A DNA stretch of 64,000 nucleotides from contig JBGAIQ010000013.1 of the NCBI GenBank assembly GCA_044225365.1, positions 32,001 to 96,000 on the forward strand, written 5' to 3'. Below, in pieces: positions 32,949 to 42,890 of the stretch (its first letter is position 1; each line of letters begins with the position of its first letter). The stretch comes from Planctomycetota bacterium (GTDB lineage Bacteria; Planctomycetota; B15-G4; JADJEK01). The position numbers and the translations under genes are program-made. A model generated the notes under the pieces. That model saw nothing but the letters and a program-made list of their open reading frames with translations, did no database searches and had not been told where the DNA came from.

Positions 32949-34216
32949 TCAGACCAGCGCGGCGGTGAACTCCGTGAGATGACCAGAAGTCGCGGCTCGG
33001 ACGAGCAGGTCGTTCAGGCGACCGAGGTCGTCGATGCCTCGAATGCTGTCGAGCTGTCGAGCACTGGAGGATCCGCTCGAGTCGGAACGTCTGCGGGCCT
33101 CGCCTCGCTTCGCCTCGGGCCTCGCCTCGGGCTTCGCCTCGCTTCCTCGCCGAACGCGCCTGGAGGATCCGCTCGATGGCGTCGTTCGGCTTGCTCGTCG
33201 AGTTCGAGCGCGCCTCGCCTTCGTGAGATGACCTCGCGGCTCGGACGAGCCGTTCGGCGACCGAGGTCGTCGATGCCCCGAATGCTGTCGAGCACTGAAG
33301 TCGGAACGTCTGCGAAACGCGCCTGGAGGATCCGCTCGATGGCGTCGCGCTTGGTAAGCAGGCTCGCCTTCGCTTCGCCTCGGGCCTCGCCTCGGGCTTC
33401 GCCTCGGGCCTCGCCTCGGGCTTCGCCTCGAGCCTCGCCGATGGCGATGCCCCTCTCTTCCGCTTCTTTCTCGTAGATCGTGACGAATGGCATGTGAAAC
33501 TCCTGCTCCACTCTCAGAACTTCGTCGTGGAACTCGCGGTCGCGCGACCGGGAGACCATGATCCCTTGGATCAAGAACCGAGTCAATGTGCGCTGGGTCG
33601 ATGATCCACGCATGATCGTGACGAGCTTGCGGAGCAGGCGCACCTTTTCGCGGTAGCGCGCGTCCAGATCGCCGATCGTCAGCTCGATCAGTTTGATCGC
33701 GACCAGGATTTGCGCCGGATCGCCCGATTCGACCAGCTCGTCCTCGCGGCCAGCGAAGTCGAGGAGCTTCACGGAGCGGAAGCGCACGCGCACCTCGTTG
33801 CCGAAGATCTCCTCGGAGAATTCGCTCGGGCAATACTTCGGGTCCGCATCGAGGAGCAGTGCGAGCGTGAAGATCCGCTCGCGGTGCTTCACGAACAGTC
33901 GCATGCGGTAGATCGCGACTCGCAGCGGGAAGTCGTGCTTCCTACCGGCTTCGAATTCGAAGTGCAGGAGGAGCACGGCGCGCTCGCCGCCGTGGAGCCA
34001 GACGCGATACACGCGATCGGGATATTTCGTACCGGTCTTCGATTCGAGAGCGTCGGGCGCGAGACCGTGCGGCTCGGGTACGAAGCCACGCGACCAGTCG
34101 ATTGCCTCCGCGACGTCGGGCGCGAGGAATCGCAGGAGCTCGGGGAGGAATTGGTCGAAGGCGTCCTTCCAGTACTCGTCGTGTTGGGAGGCGCTCCGGA
34201 GTTCGTCGTTTTCCAT
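32949..34216 (-). CDS. Rpn-family recombination-promoting nuclease / putative transposase (PD-(D/E)XK) with a duplicated, frameshifted 3' end
   Basis: HDEYWKD..DQFLPELLRFLAP....IDWSRG, PDRVYRV, LLHFEFE, then GEAR repeats and ILQARF. The natural tail LDSIRGIDDLGRLNDLLVRAATS..L.EF lies in another frame ending at 32949. The main frame stops at 33014. Confidence 0.8.
33364..33440 (-). repeat. 12-bp coding tandem repeat (GEAR)n within the Rpn gene
   Basis: Repeated GCCTCGGGC(C/T)TC units translate to GEARGEARGEARGEARGEARGEAK. Confidence 0.85.
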
Positions 34217-34469
34217 GCCGCTGAATCGCGGCCGCGACGACGCGGTGACGAACGATGGCGTGAAAAATCGTGCCTTGCGCGCCAAGAGCGATCTGCGCGC
34301 CGAATCGTTGAACCAAAGATGCCCGGTTGGCCATGGCGCGCCCGTGCGAACGTGCGCAATCGCGTCCATTGGGATCCAACGCGTGCGGAGTTCATCGGCG
34401 ACGGGATGGCGAAGGGCATCCGCGGGGGCGTTCGAAGTCGTCGCATCGGTGCGTGTCCGATTCGACGAC

Positions 34470-34493
34470 GGGCAGTCAGCCGTCTGCCCCTAC
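34470..34493 (-). repeat. GTAG-family REP
   Basis: Reverse complement is GTAGGGGCAGACGGCTGACTGCCC, one mismatch from the copy at 43190-43213. Confidence 0.8.
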
Positions 34494-34548
34494 AAGAGCC
34501 GCGATGCCGCGAATGCCCGCGGTTGTGCACCCGCAATCGGGGTCGTGG

Positions 34549-37500
34549 CTAACCGAGCGCGCGCGCGAGCAGGTACTCCTGCTCCGCGTTGTGGCGCTTG
34601 TACGAGCCCGTCGCCGGGCTCGACGACATCGGCCTTCCGGCGTATGCGGGATGGAAGCCCATCTCGACGAGTCGCTCGTGCATGTAGCTCCAGGGGCCCA
34701 TGTTCTTCGGCTCCTCCTGGCACCAGACGATGACGGCTCCCGGATGCCGGGCGGCCTCGGCGAGCATCGCGGTGCGCGGAAGCGGATAGAGCTGCTCGAC
34801 GCGGACGATGGCGACGTTGTCGCGCTTCGCCTTCTCGCGCGCTTCGACGAGATCGAAGTACACCTTGCCCGAGCAGAAGACGACCCGCTTCGCGTTCGTC
34901 ACGCTCGGATCGCCGAGCACTTCACGGAAATGGCCTTCCACGAACTCCGTGACGGGGCTCGCCGCGCGCGGGTCGCGCAGGAGGCTCTTCGGCGTGAACA
35001 CGACGATCGGTCGCTTCGGCTTCTTCAAGGCCTGACGACGCAGGAGATGGAAGTACTGCGACGCGCTCGTGCAGTTCGCGACGGCGATGTTGCCGTGGGC
35101 GCAGAGCGTGAGGAAGCGCTCGATCCGACCGCTGCTGTGCTCCGGACCCTGGCCGTCGTAGCCGTGAGGCAGGAGCATCACGATGCCGGAGAGCTGGCGC
35201 CACTTCGCCTCGCTCGACGTGATGAACTGGTCGATGGGGATCTGCGCGCCGTTCGCGAAGTCGCCGAATTGCGCCTCCCACAGGCACAGCGTCTCCGGCT
35301 TCGCGACGCTGTAGCCGTACTCGAACGCGAGCGCGGCTTCCTCGGAGAGCAGCGAGTCGTAGACCTCGAAGCGGGCCTTCACGTCCGGCAGGTTCGAGAG
35401 CGGGACGTAGTCCTTCTCCGTTGTCTGGTCGCGGATCACGGCGTGACGCTGCGAGAAGGTGCCGCGTCCGCAATCCTGACCGTTCAGGCGGATCGCGACG
35501 TTCTCTCGCAGGATCGAGCCGAAGGCGAGCGTCTCGGCGCAGCCCCAATCGATGTCCTGTTCACCGCGCACCATCGCCTCACGACGGCGCAATTGCCGCA
35601 ACAGATTCGGGTGCACGACGACGTCCGGCGCGATCTCGTTGGTCTTGTCGACGAGCCATACGAGGGTCTCGCTCGGCACGTTCGTCGCGACGACGACGGA
35701 ATCCGAGTAGTCCTTCGGATCGTCGTCGGTGACGTCGACGATCTCCTCGATCGGAAGGTGCGGCGTCTCCTCGGCGTGCTCGCGGAAGTTCGAGAGAGCG
35801 TCGCGCAGCTCATCGTTGAAGCGGTTGCCGATCTCGTCGGCCTCCTCGCGGGTGAGTTGCTTGCGGCGCATCAACAGCGCGGTGTAGTTCTCGGTCGGCG
35901 TCGGGTGATTGCGGATCTTGCGGTACAGCGCGGGCTGCGTGTAGGCCGGCTCGTCGCCTTCGTTGTGTCCCCAGCGGCGATAGCACACGAGGTCGATGAC
36001 GGAGTCGCGATGGAAGTGCTGCTGGTAGTCGACCGCGACGCCGACCGCTTTCAAGACGGCTTCGGGATAGTCGCCGTTCGCGTGGAGGATGGGGGCTTCG
36101 ATGCCCTTCGCCATGTCGGTGCAGTAGTACGTCGACTTCAGATCGCGCGGACTCGCGGTGAATCCGATCTGATTGTTGACGACGATGTGGATCGTGCCGC
36201 CGCAATCGTTCGCGCGCAGATTCGACATCTGCAGCGTCTCGTAGACGACGCCCTGGCCGGAGAACGCCGCATCGCCGTGGATGAGCACCGCGAGCACCTT
36301 CTCGCGCGTCGTGTCCTCGACGAGATCCTGATACCCGCGCGTCATGCCGCACACGACGGGATCGACGGCCTCGAGGTGACTCGGATTCGCGGAGAGGATG
36401 ACGTCGATCTTCTTGCCGGTCTGCGTCGTGAACACGCCGCTCTGGCCGAGGTGGTACTTGACGTCGCCCGAGCCTTCCGACGACAGCGGCAGGAGCACTC
36501 CTTCGAACTCGCGAAAGATCGTCTCGTAGCTCTTGTTCAGGATGTTCGCGAGAACGTTGAGCCGTCCGCGATGCGCCATGCCGATCACGACCTTCTCGAC
36601 GCCATTCGCCGCGGCGCGCTCGATCACTTCGGCGAGCGCGGGGATGAGCGCGTCGGCGCCTTCGAGCGAGAATCGCTTGTTCCCGACGTAGCGCGTGTGG
36701 AGGAAGCGTTCGAAGTTCTCCGCACGATAGAGCAGTTCGAGGATTCGCTTGCGTGCGGCGAGATCGAACGGCGACTCGTTGCGCTTCAACTCCACGCGAT
36801 CGCGTAGCCAATACTGGCGGAGGCGATTCGCGATGTGCATGTACTCGATCGTCCAGCGCCGGCAGTACGTCTCGGCCAGCACGCCGAGGATGTCGCGCAG
36901 GGGCATCCTCTCCTTGCCGTCGAGACCACCGCAGTAGAACTCGCGATCGAGATCCCACACCGTGAAGCCGTAGAACGCGGGATCGAGCGACGGCAGAAGG
37001 TCCGGCTTGTATTCGAGCGGATCGAGGTCGGCGATGCGGCAGCCGCGCGTTCGATACGCGTTGATGAGCTCCCACAGCTTCGCCTGCTTCTCGCCGACGT
37101 CGTCGCGGCGGCGCGTGGCTGCATCGTTCGAGCTGCGCACGGGCAGCCACGGCAGTCTCAACTCGGAGAAGATCGTGTCGTAGAAGTTCGATTCGCCCTG
37201 CAGCAGATGGTCGACGCGCTGCAGCATGAGCCCCGACTCGGCGCCTTGGATCACTCGGTGATCGTAGGTCGACGTCACCGTCATGACCGGCCCGATCGCG
37301 AGTTCGGCGAGGTTCGCTGCGGCCATGTGCTGCGCTTCGGTCGGGATGCCGATCGCGCCGGTCGCCACGATGAGGCCCTGGCCCTTCATGAGTCGCGGCA
37401 CGGAGAGGTGGGTTCCCAGGCCGCCTGGATTGGAGAGCGTCACGTTCGTGCCTTGGAAGTCCTCGGCCGTGAGCTTGTTGATTCGGGCGCGCGCGACGAG

Positions 37501-38130
37501 ATCCTCGTAGACCGAGTGGAACTGCTTGAAGCCGAGCGTGTCCGCGGCCTTGATCGATGGCACGAAGAGCGTGCGGCCCTTCGGCGTTTCGACGTCGATC
37601 GCGATGCCGAGGTTCACGTGCTTCGGGGTCACCTTGTATGGCACACCGTCGCGTTCCTCGTAGGTTGCGATCATGTGCATGTTTTCGGCGATGGCGCGAA
37701 CTAGTGCGAACGCGATGAGATGCGTGTAGCTCGCCTTGCCGAGCACGCGCACCTTCATGTGCGAGTTGAGGAGCGTCCTGTTCTCGTGGAGCACCTTGAC
37801 CGGGATCGTGCGCACCGAGGTGGCCGTCGGGATCTCGAGGCTCGCCATCATGTTCTCGGCGATCCGCGTCGCGACGCCCTTCAAGCGGTCGGCGCTGCGG
37901 GCGTCATCTTCGACGTGGTCCGGAGCGGGGGAGCGCGAAGGCGCGACTTCCAACGCCGCCGTCGCCGACTCGGCGCGACCGTTGGCGGGCGCCGTTCCAT
38001 TCGCCGCGACCTGCTCGAACCAGGTCCGCCAGGCGGGTTCGACGCCGGCGGGGTCGCTACGCCACTTCTCGAAGAGGGCCTCGACGTATCCGGCATTCAC
38101 GCCGAACTCGGTTTCGAAATCGATCGCCAT
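34549..38130 (-). CDS. sucA: Multifunctional 2-oxoglutarate dehydrogenase (succinyltransferase domain fused to E1; Kgd/OdhA type)
   Basis: FGVNAGYVE N-terminus. E2 motif TSTYDHRVIQGAESG. E1 motifs KRFSLEG, GMAHRGRLN, NPSHLEAV, HGDAAFSGQG, WEAQFGDFANGAQ, GQGPEHSS, SPATGS. Confidence 0.95.
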   Translation of the reverse strand: MAIDFETEFGVNAGYVEALFEKWRSDPAGVEPAWRTWFEQVAANGTAPANGRAESATAALEVAPSRSPAPDHVEDDARSADRLKGVATRIAENMMASLEIPTATSVRTIPVKVLHENRTLLNSHMKVRVLGKASYTHLIAFALVRAIAENMHMIATYEERDGVPYKVTPKHVNLGIAIDVETPKGRTLFVPSIKAADTLGFKQFHSVYEDLVARARINKLTAEDFQGTNVTLSNPGGLGTHLSVPRLMKGQGLIVATGAIGIPTEAQHMAAANLAELAIGPVMTVTSTYDHRVIQGAESGLMLQRVDHLLQGESNFYDTIFSELRLPWLPVRSSNDAATRRRDDVGEKQAKLWELINAYRTRGCRIADLDPLEYKPDLLPSLDPAFYGFTVWDLDREFYCGGLDGKERMPLRDILGVLAETYCRRWTIEYMHIANRLRQYWLRDRVELKRNESPFDLAARKRILELLYRAENFERFLHTRYVGNKRFSLEGADALIPALAEVIERAAANGVEKVVIGMAHRGRLNVLANILNKSYETIFREFEGVLLPLSSEGSGDVKYHLGQSGVFTTQTGKKIDVILSANPSHLEAVDPVVCGMTRGYQDLVEDTTREKVLAVLIHGDAAFSGQGVVYETLQMSNLRANDCGGTIHIVVNNQIGFTASPRDLKSTYYCTDMAKGIEAPILHANGDYPEAVLKAVGVAVDYQQHFHRDSVIDLVCYRRWGHNEGDEPAYTQPALYRKIRNHPTPTENYTALLMRRKQLTREEADEIGNRFNDELRDALSNFREHAEETPHLPIEEIVDVTDDDPKDYSDSVVVATNVPSETLVWLVDKTNEIAPDVVVHPNLLRQLRRREAMVRGEQDIDWGCAETLAFGSILRENVAIRLNGQDCGRGTFSQRHAVIRDQTTEKDYVPLSNLPDVKARFEVYDSLLSEEAALAFEYGYSVAKPETLCLWEAQFGDFANGAQIPIDQFITSSEAKWRQLSGIVMLLPHGYDGQGPEHSSGRIERFLTLCAHGNIAVANCTSASQYFHLLRRQALKKPKRPIVVFTPKSLLRDPRAASPVTEFVEGHFREVLGDPSVTNAKRVVFCSGKVYFDLVEAREKAKRDNVAIVRVEQLYPLPRTAMLAEAARHPGAVIVWCQEEPKNMGPWSYMHERLVEMGFHPAYAGRPMSSSPATGSYKRHNAEQEYLLARALG

Positions 38131-38434
38131 CGCTCTGGTCCGCCTGCTGTGATTCTTCGGTGAAACGGGTGAATGAAACAGATTACCGCAGAATCCGATC
38201 GTTCCGAAGTTGCAGACCACACCGAACTACGGGAGGCGAGCCGGCTGATTGGACGCGCCCGCCCGAATTCTGTCGAGCGGGACGATTCGGCGCAAAAGTA
38301 GGGGTACCTCGTTGACGACAGATTCCCAGCAGGAGGAACTGCCGCCTCGATGGCCGCGTGACGGATGCGCTCGTGAGGAGCCGCCGGCACGAATTTGAAC
38401 ACCGTTCCGAATCCAATTCCCATGGATCGGCATC

Positions 38435-38947
38435 ATGAGACTTCTCCCTACTCAGGGGCGGCCAACGCGCCCCGCACGCCAGACAGGCGGATTCTCACTC
38501 GTGGAGGTCATGATTGCCTCCACGATCCTCGTGTTCGGATTGATGGCACTCGCTGGTGCTACGACCTCGACACAACTTCTTCGAAAGCGAGCCCTCGACG
38601 AGGACCAGGTATTTCGCGGTCTCGTGTCGCAACTCGAGCGTGCCCGCAGTGATCTCTTCTCGAACACGGCGTTCTACACGGCCGTGAAGGCTGCGATCGC
38701 GGCTGGGGGCAAATTCCAGCAAGGCTACATCCTCGATGGAAACGGGGATGGAATCCAAGACGTCAGCTCTGCGCCCGGCAACAAGAACACACCGGTCCTC
38801 ACGGTGGACATCACCGTGCCACCCTCTCCGGGCGACGCGACGAAGGTCCTGTTCGTTCAGGTGACAGCGAAATGGTACGGCGCCGGAGCGCAACGCACCC
38901 GGACCGTGAGTGAGACCGTGGCCAATCGTTCCGGATACGGGGGATGA
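38435..38947 (+). CDS. Type IV pilin-like protein (PilV-like minor pilin)
   Basis: Prepilin cleavage/methylation motif G^FSLVEVMIA followed by a hydrophobic helix. Confidence 0.85.
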   Translation: MRLLPTQGRPTRPARQTGGFSLVEVMIASTILVFGLMALAGATTSTQLLRKRALDEDQVFRGLVSQLERARSDLFSNTAFYTAVKAAIAAGGKFQQGYILDGNGDGIQDVSSAPGNKNTPVLTVDITVPPSPGDATKVLFVQVTAKWYGAGAQRTRTVSETVANRSGYGG

Positions 38948-39552
38948 CGATGAGCTGCGAGAACGAACGTGGCTTGTCGCTCCTCGAGGTCCTGATCAGC
39001 GGCGTTATCACGTCGATCATCGCCCTTGCCGCAGTGAACATGCGAGTCCCGATGCAGCAAGCATTGGGTTCGGACACGATCCGCATGGAGGCTCGCAGCC
39101 GCGCCTCACGCGCACTCGAACGAGTGACCCATGATCTGAGGGGGGCGAGCTTCGCGACGTTGAAGACCCTGCCTGTCGGATTCAAGACGTGGCAGACCGC
39201 GACCCCCAACAACGACATGGACGACCTGCAGTATCAGTCGTACACCTTCGACCCCGATACAGCGGATGAGCTCCCAACTCTCAGTGGCGCGCGAATCCTC
39301 CAGCTCGTCGATTCTCCAGAGGATCCAGGGGACGGCAAGGACAACGATGGAGACGGTGTGACCGATGAGAAGACGCTCACGCTCGAACTCCCAGGCCAGC
39401 AACCCGACGAATTGATCGACAACGTGACGTCATGCGCCCTCCGGATATCAGGGCGCACGCTCGAGATCCAAATCAGGGTCACTTTGAGGTCGCCGAAAGG
39501 CGATCTACTTTCCGAATCGGTTTCCGATTCCGTGGAGATCCGCAATGACTAG
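38944..39552 (+). CDS. Type IV pilin-like protein (PilW/GspJ-like minor pilin)
   Basis: ERG^LSLLEVLIS and AL.R...DLR.A. Confidence 0.85.
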   Translation: MTMSCENERGLSLLEVLISGVITSIIALAAVNMRVPMQQALGSDTIRMEARSRASRALERVTHDLRGASFATLKTLPVGFKTWQTATPNNDMDDLQYQSYTFDPDTADELPTLSGARILQLVDSPEDPGDGKDNDGDGVTDEKTLTLELPGQQPDELIDNVTSCALRISGRTLEIQIRVTLRSPKGDLLSESVSDSVEIRND

Positions 39553-40690
39553 TCGCCGAGAACGAGGTAACGCCCTCGTCATCGTCCTCATCCTCATGAT
39601 CCCGCTGGCGGCGATCGCTGCTGCTGCTCTCTCGTTCGGATCCCGCGAGAGCGGGGAGCTCGGTTCGCAGCGAGGACGCCAAGTGGCGTTGCTCAATGCG
39701 GAATCCGGACTCGACACCGGCTTCGCACAATTGCTCGACGACCCGAAGGACACCGCTCCCATCGAGATGTCGGAACCCAATGGTGAAGGCATGAAGTATC
39801 GGGTCGAGTTCACGGAGCTCGGGGTCGACGGAATCGACAACGATGGGGACGGTGCCGTGGACGAGTCTGACGAGAATCGAATGGTGCGAATCACGTCGAT
39901 GGGAACGTTGAACGTCGATTCCTTCACCGAAGGCGGAGAGCCGGTAGCGAAGCAAGGCGTCGAGGAGTACGTGAAAACAGTGCGTGCCGTCGGGACGCGC
40001 AGTGCCGATCTTCCAGGATTTCCGTACGCGGTCTATCTCGGGGATCCGAAGGCCGAGTTGAACATGAACGGCAATGCGTTCGCGATCAATGGGTCGGACT
40101 TCACGGGTGCGTTGAAGGCCGGAACCGCTCCCGCGGTACCTGGAATCGCAACGACGGGGAAGACGGCAGACATCATCACGCAGTTGTCGAAACAGCAGTA
40201 CGACAACGTATTGGGCAAGGGGGGCTATCCGAGCGTCTACAACACCGCGAAAGTGGACATTCAGAGTCTGATCAATACCTACAAGAGCGCCGCCGACATC
40301 AAATTCGTGAATCCCTCGAGTCCGTACACGGGGAATCTCGGAAGCTACTCGAAGCACGACTTCAAGATCACCCACGTGGTGGGGAATCTGAAGATCTCGG
40401 GAGGGGGAGAAGGCGCTGGACTCCTACTCGTCGAGGGGAACGTCGAGATCACCGGAGGTTGGGAGTATCGCGGAGTCGTGCTCGTTACCGGTCAGGTGGT
40501 CTTCAAGGGCGGTGGAGGCGGCAAGCGAGTCGTCGGGTCGGTGCTCGTTGGCGGTGACCTGATCAACGGTGCTTCGTCGACCGACCTCGAAATGGCCGGG
40601 ACGGTGGACGTGCTCTACTCGTCCTCCATCCAAAGTGAGGTGAGCGCCGCGATCGGCAAGTTCACGCTGGGGACGTGGCAGGAGTTGTGA
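39545..40690 (+). CDS. PilX/GspK-like minor pilin with beta-solenoid-like C-terminal domain
   Basis: ERG^NALVIVLIL without E5 (typical of PilX/GspK), ALLNAESG, C-terminal G.L.V.G repeats. Confidence 0.8.
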   Translation: MTSRRERGNALVIVLILMIPLAAIAAAALSFGSRESGELGSQRGRQVALLNAESGLDTGFAQLLDDPKDTAPIEMSEPNGEGMKYRVEFTELGVDGIDNDGDGAVDESDENRMVRITSMGTLNVDSFTEGGEPVAKQGVEEYVKTVRAVGTRSADLPGFPYAVYLGDPKAELNMNGNAFAINGSDFTGALKAGTAPAVPGIATTGKTADIITQLSKQQYDNVLGKGGYPSVYNTAKVDIQSLINTYKSAADIKFVNPSSPYTGNLGSYSKHDFKITHVVGNLKISGGGEGAGLLLVEGNVEITGGWEYRGVVLVTGQVVFKGGGGGKRVVGSVLVGGDLINGASSTDLEMAGTVDVLYSSSIQSEVSAAIGKFTLGTWQEL

Positions 40691-40691
40691 A

Positions 40692-41468
40692 ATGACTGCT
40701 TTACACATTCTCCTCTTGTGCGGAGCCGTGGTCACGCCTCAGGGTGGTACGGATCTTCCCAAGGCGAAAACTCCCGGAGCGATCCAGCCGCACACGCCGC
40801 CTTCCTCGAAGTCACTCCCTGATTTCGATCGACTCGCCGCAGCGCTCCAGTCCGACGACGAGTCGACGCGCGACTCCGCCGTGGAGTCGCTGACCCAGTT
40901 GTCGGTTGCGGATGTTGCTCCGATCGCGCAGACGGCGATGAACAGCGCCAACAGCGAGGTCCGACTCGCCGCCCTCAAGATCTTGCGTCATGTCCCACGG
41001 ACGGGTCCCGTCGATATGAAGCTCACGAGGTCGGTATGTCGGGATCTCGCGCGAGTACTCGGGACGGATCGTGTCGATGAGAATCGACGTGAAGCGTGCC
41101 ATGTCCTCGCCGAATGGTCGCCCGACGGCGCCGTGGTCGTATTGTGCAAGTCGGCGACCAACGATTCCGCGGACACGGTGAAACGAGCGGCGATCAACGA
41201 TCTCGGAAGGCTCGCGTCGGTCGACTCCGCGTCGGCCCTCGTGGATGTTCTTCAATTCATGATCGAGCAGAAGGATGAATATCTGATCGGGCAAACGACT
41301 CTCGCGCTCACGCTCGCCACGGGAAAGACCCTCGGCGAGAACGTCGAAGGTTGGCGACATCTCGTCGCGGACTTGCGCAAAGCGGAGGACGAGAAGAAGG
41401 CCGAGAAGGGACCCGAAGTCAAACGTCCCGATCCACCGAGCGAGGAGCCGGCGAACGGAGGTGGCTGA
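40692..41468 (+). CDS. Exported HEAT-repeat protein
   Basis: Signal-like N-terminus. Helical repeats VRLAALKIL, RREACHVL, VKRAAINDLG, and terminal L...TG..LG.....W. Confidence 0.7.
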   Translation: MTALHILLLCGAVVTPQGGTDLPKAKTPGAIQPHTPPSSKSLPDFDRLAAALQSDDESTRDSAVESLTQLSVADVAPIAQTAMNSANSEVRLAALKILRHVPRTGPVDMKLTRSVCRDLARVLGTDRVDENRREACHVLAEWSPDGAVVVLCKSATNDSADTVKRAAINDLGRLASVDSASALVDVLQFMIEQKDEYLIGQTTLALTLATGKTLGENVEGWRHLVADLRKAEDEKKAEKGPEVKRPDPPSEEPANGGG

Positions 41469-41804
41469 CTTCCGCAGCCGAGCGCGCGAACGCTTGCGGT
41501 TCTGCTCGGGCTCGGTACCGCTGCGAAGGGAAGCGGGTCGAATCGCGATTTGATCTTGCAAAGTCGCCTCGGCGAATTGCGGTACTGGCCCACTCACTCC
41601 CTGAGCCGGGAACTCACGAAGACTGCGAAGCTCTAACCAGGCCACCGATCCATGCGAAGTCGGGTGGATGCCTCGGCTCTTCGCGATCACCCGTTTTTTT
41701 TCGAATAGACGCTAGGTCATCGAGGTATCTGTGTGATATCACATTGGTACCTCGACGATTTCTCGTCATTTCGGCGTCGTCGGGGTCGCTTAGGAGACAG
41801 ATCG

Positions 41805-42686
41805 ATGGAATCGATGGAACGCAAGGTCACTCCGCTCTCGGGCTTCTTGGGGCTTCTGCTCTTCTTCGGATTGATCGCCGGGGCGATCACGAGTTTCTTC
41901 AAGGCCGGCGATACTGGGGTTCCGCGCCAGGTCGACGGGCAGTTCATCGTGCTCGGACTCGGATGCGTCCTCGGCGCGATCCTGACCCTCCCGGGGTTCT
42001 TCGTCGTCGCTCCGAACGTCTCGCGTGTCCTCACATTGTTCGGCAAGTACGTGGGCACGGTGAAGGAGAACGGCTTCTACTGGACGAACCCGTTCACATC
42101 GAAGCAGGCGGTCTCGCTGCGCGCCCGCACGCTCAACGGCGCGACCCTGAAAGTGAACGACAAGTCGGGCAATCCCGTCGAGATCGCTGCGATCGTCGTG
42201 TGGCAGGTGAAGGACACCTATCGCGCGAAATTCGATGTCGACTCCTTCGAGCAATTCGTTGGGTCACAGAGCGAGACCGCGGTGCGCAAACTCGCCGCGC
42301 ATTTCCAATACGACGGCGGTGAGCACGAGATCACGCTTCGCGGCTCGACGCAGGAGGTGAGCGATCAGCTCGCGCACGAGCTGACGGAGCGGCTGCATCG
42401 CGCGGGCGTCGAGGTGCTCGAGGCACGCATCAGCCACCTGGCGTATGCTCCCGAGATCGCGCACGCGATGCTCCAACGACAACAGGCGCAGGCGGTGATC
42501 GCCGCCCGTAGCACGATCGTCGAAGGCGCAGTCGGGATGGTCGAGATGGCCCTCAATCACCTGAAGGAGAAGAACGTCGTCGACCTCGACGGCGAGCGTC
42601 GCGCCGCGATGGTGAGCAATCTGATGGTCGTCTTGTGCTCGGACCGCACCACACCCGTCATCAACGCGGGCAGTCTGTACACCTGA
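41805..42686 (+). CDS. SPFH (band 7) domain membrane protein
   Basis: GGAG SD upstream. Two TMs, [48 protein letters not shown]. Confidence 0.9.
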   Translation: MESMERKVTPLSGFLGLLLFFGLIAGAITSFFKAGDTGVPRQVDGQFIVLGLGCVLGAILTLPGFFVVAPNVSRVLTLFGKYVGTVKENGFYWTNPFTSKQAVSLRARTLNGATLKVNDKSGNPVEIAAIVVWQVKDTYRAKFDVDSFEQFVGSQSETAVRKLAAHFQYDGGEHEITLRGSTQEVSDQLAHELTERLHRAGVEVLEARISHLAYAPEIAHAMLQRQQAQAVIAARSTIVEGAVGMVEMALNHLKEKNVVDLDGERRAAMVSNLMVVLCSDRTTPVINAGSLYT

Positions 42687-42718
42687 CGAGAACCAAGCCT
42701 CCTGCGAGCGGAGTGAGC

Positions 42719-42886
42719 GTGGGCAATCGCAAGGAATTCCTGCTTCGGATCGACCAGCAGCTCCACGACGAACTGCGGCGATGGGCCGACGACGACCTGC
42801 GCAGTCTGAATGCGCAGGTCGAGTGGATCCTGCGTCGTGCGATCGATCAGCGCCGCCGCGAGAAGACCGACAAGAAACAAGGATGA
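42719..42886 (+). CDS. Arc-like ribbon-helix-helix DNA-binding protein
   Basis: RKEFLLRID..L...L.RWADDDLRSLNAQVEWIL, GTG start after GGAG. Confidence 0.8.
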   Translation: MGNRKEFLLRIDQQLHDELRRWADDDLRSLNAQVEWILRRAIDQRRREKTDKKQG

Positions 42887-42890
42887 ATCC

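Noticed and set aside
32949-33360. Duplicated Rpn tail as a diversity-generating retroelement template/variable repeat pair
   Set aside because: Differences are mostly indels rather than adenine-specific substitutions, and there is no reverse transcriptase in the window.
32949-34216. Rpn gene as an active insertion sequence
   Set aside because: No terminal inverted repeats or target-site duplication seen. Rpn proteins are PD-(D/E)XK nucleases without demonstrated transposition.
38385-38399. CGGCACGAATTTGAA upstream of the pilin operon as a sigma-54 promoter
   Set aside because: The -12 GC is absent and spacing is off by one relative to TGGCACG-N4-TTGC.
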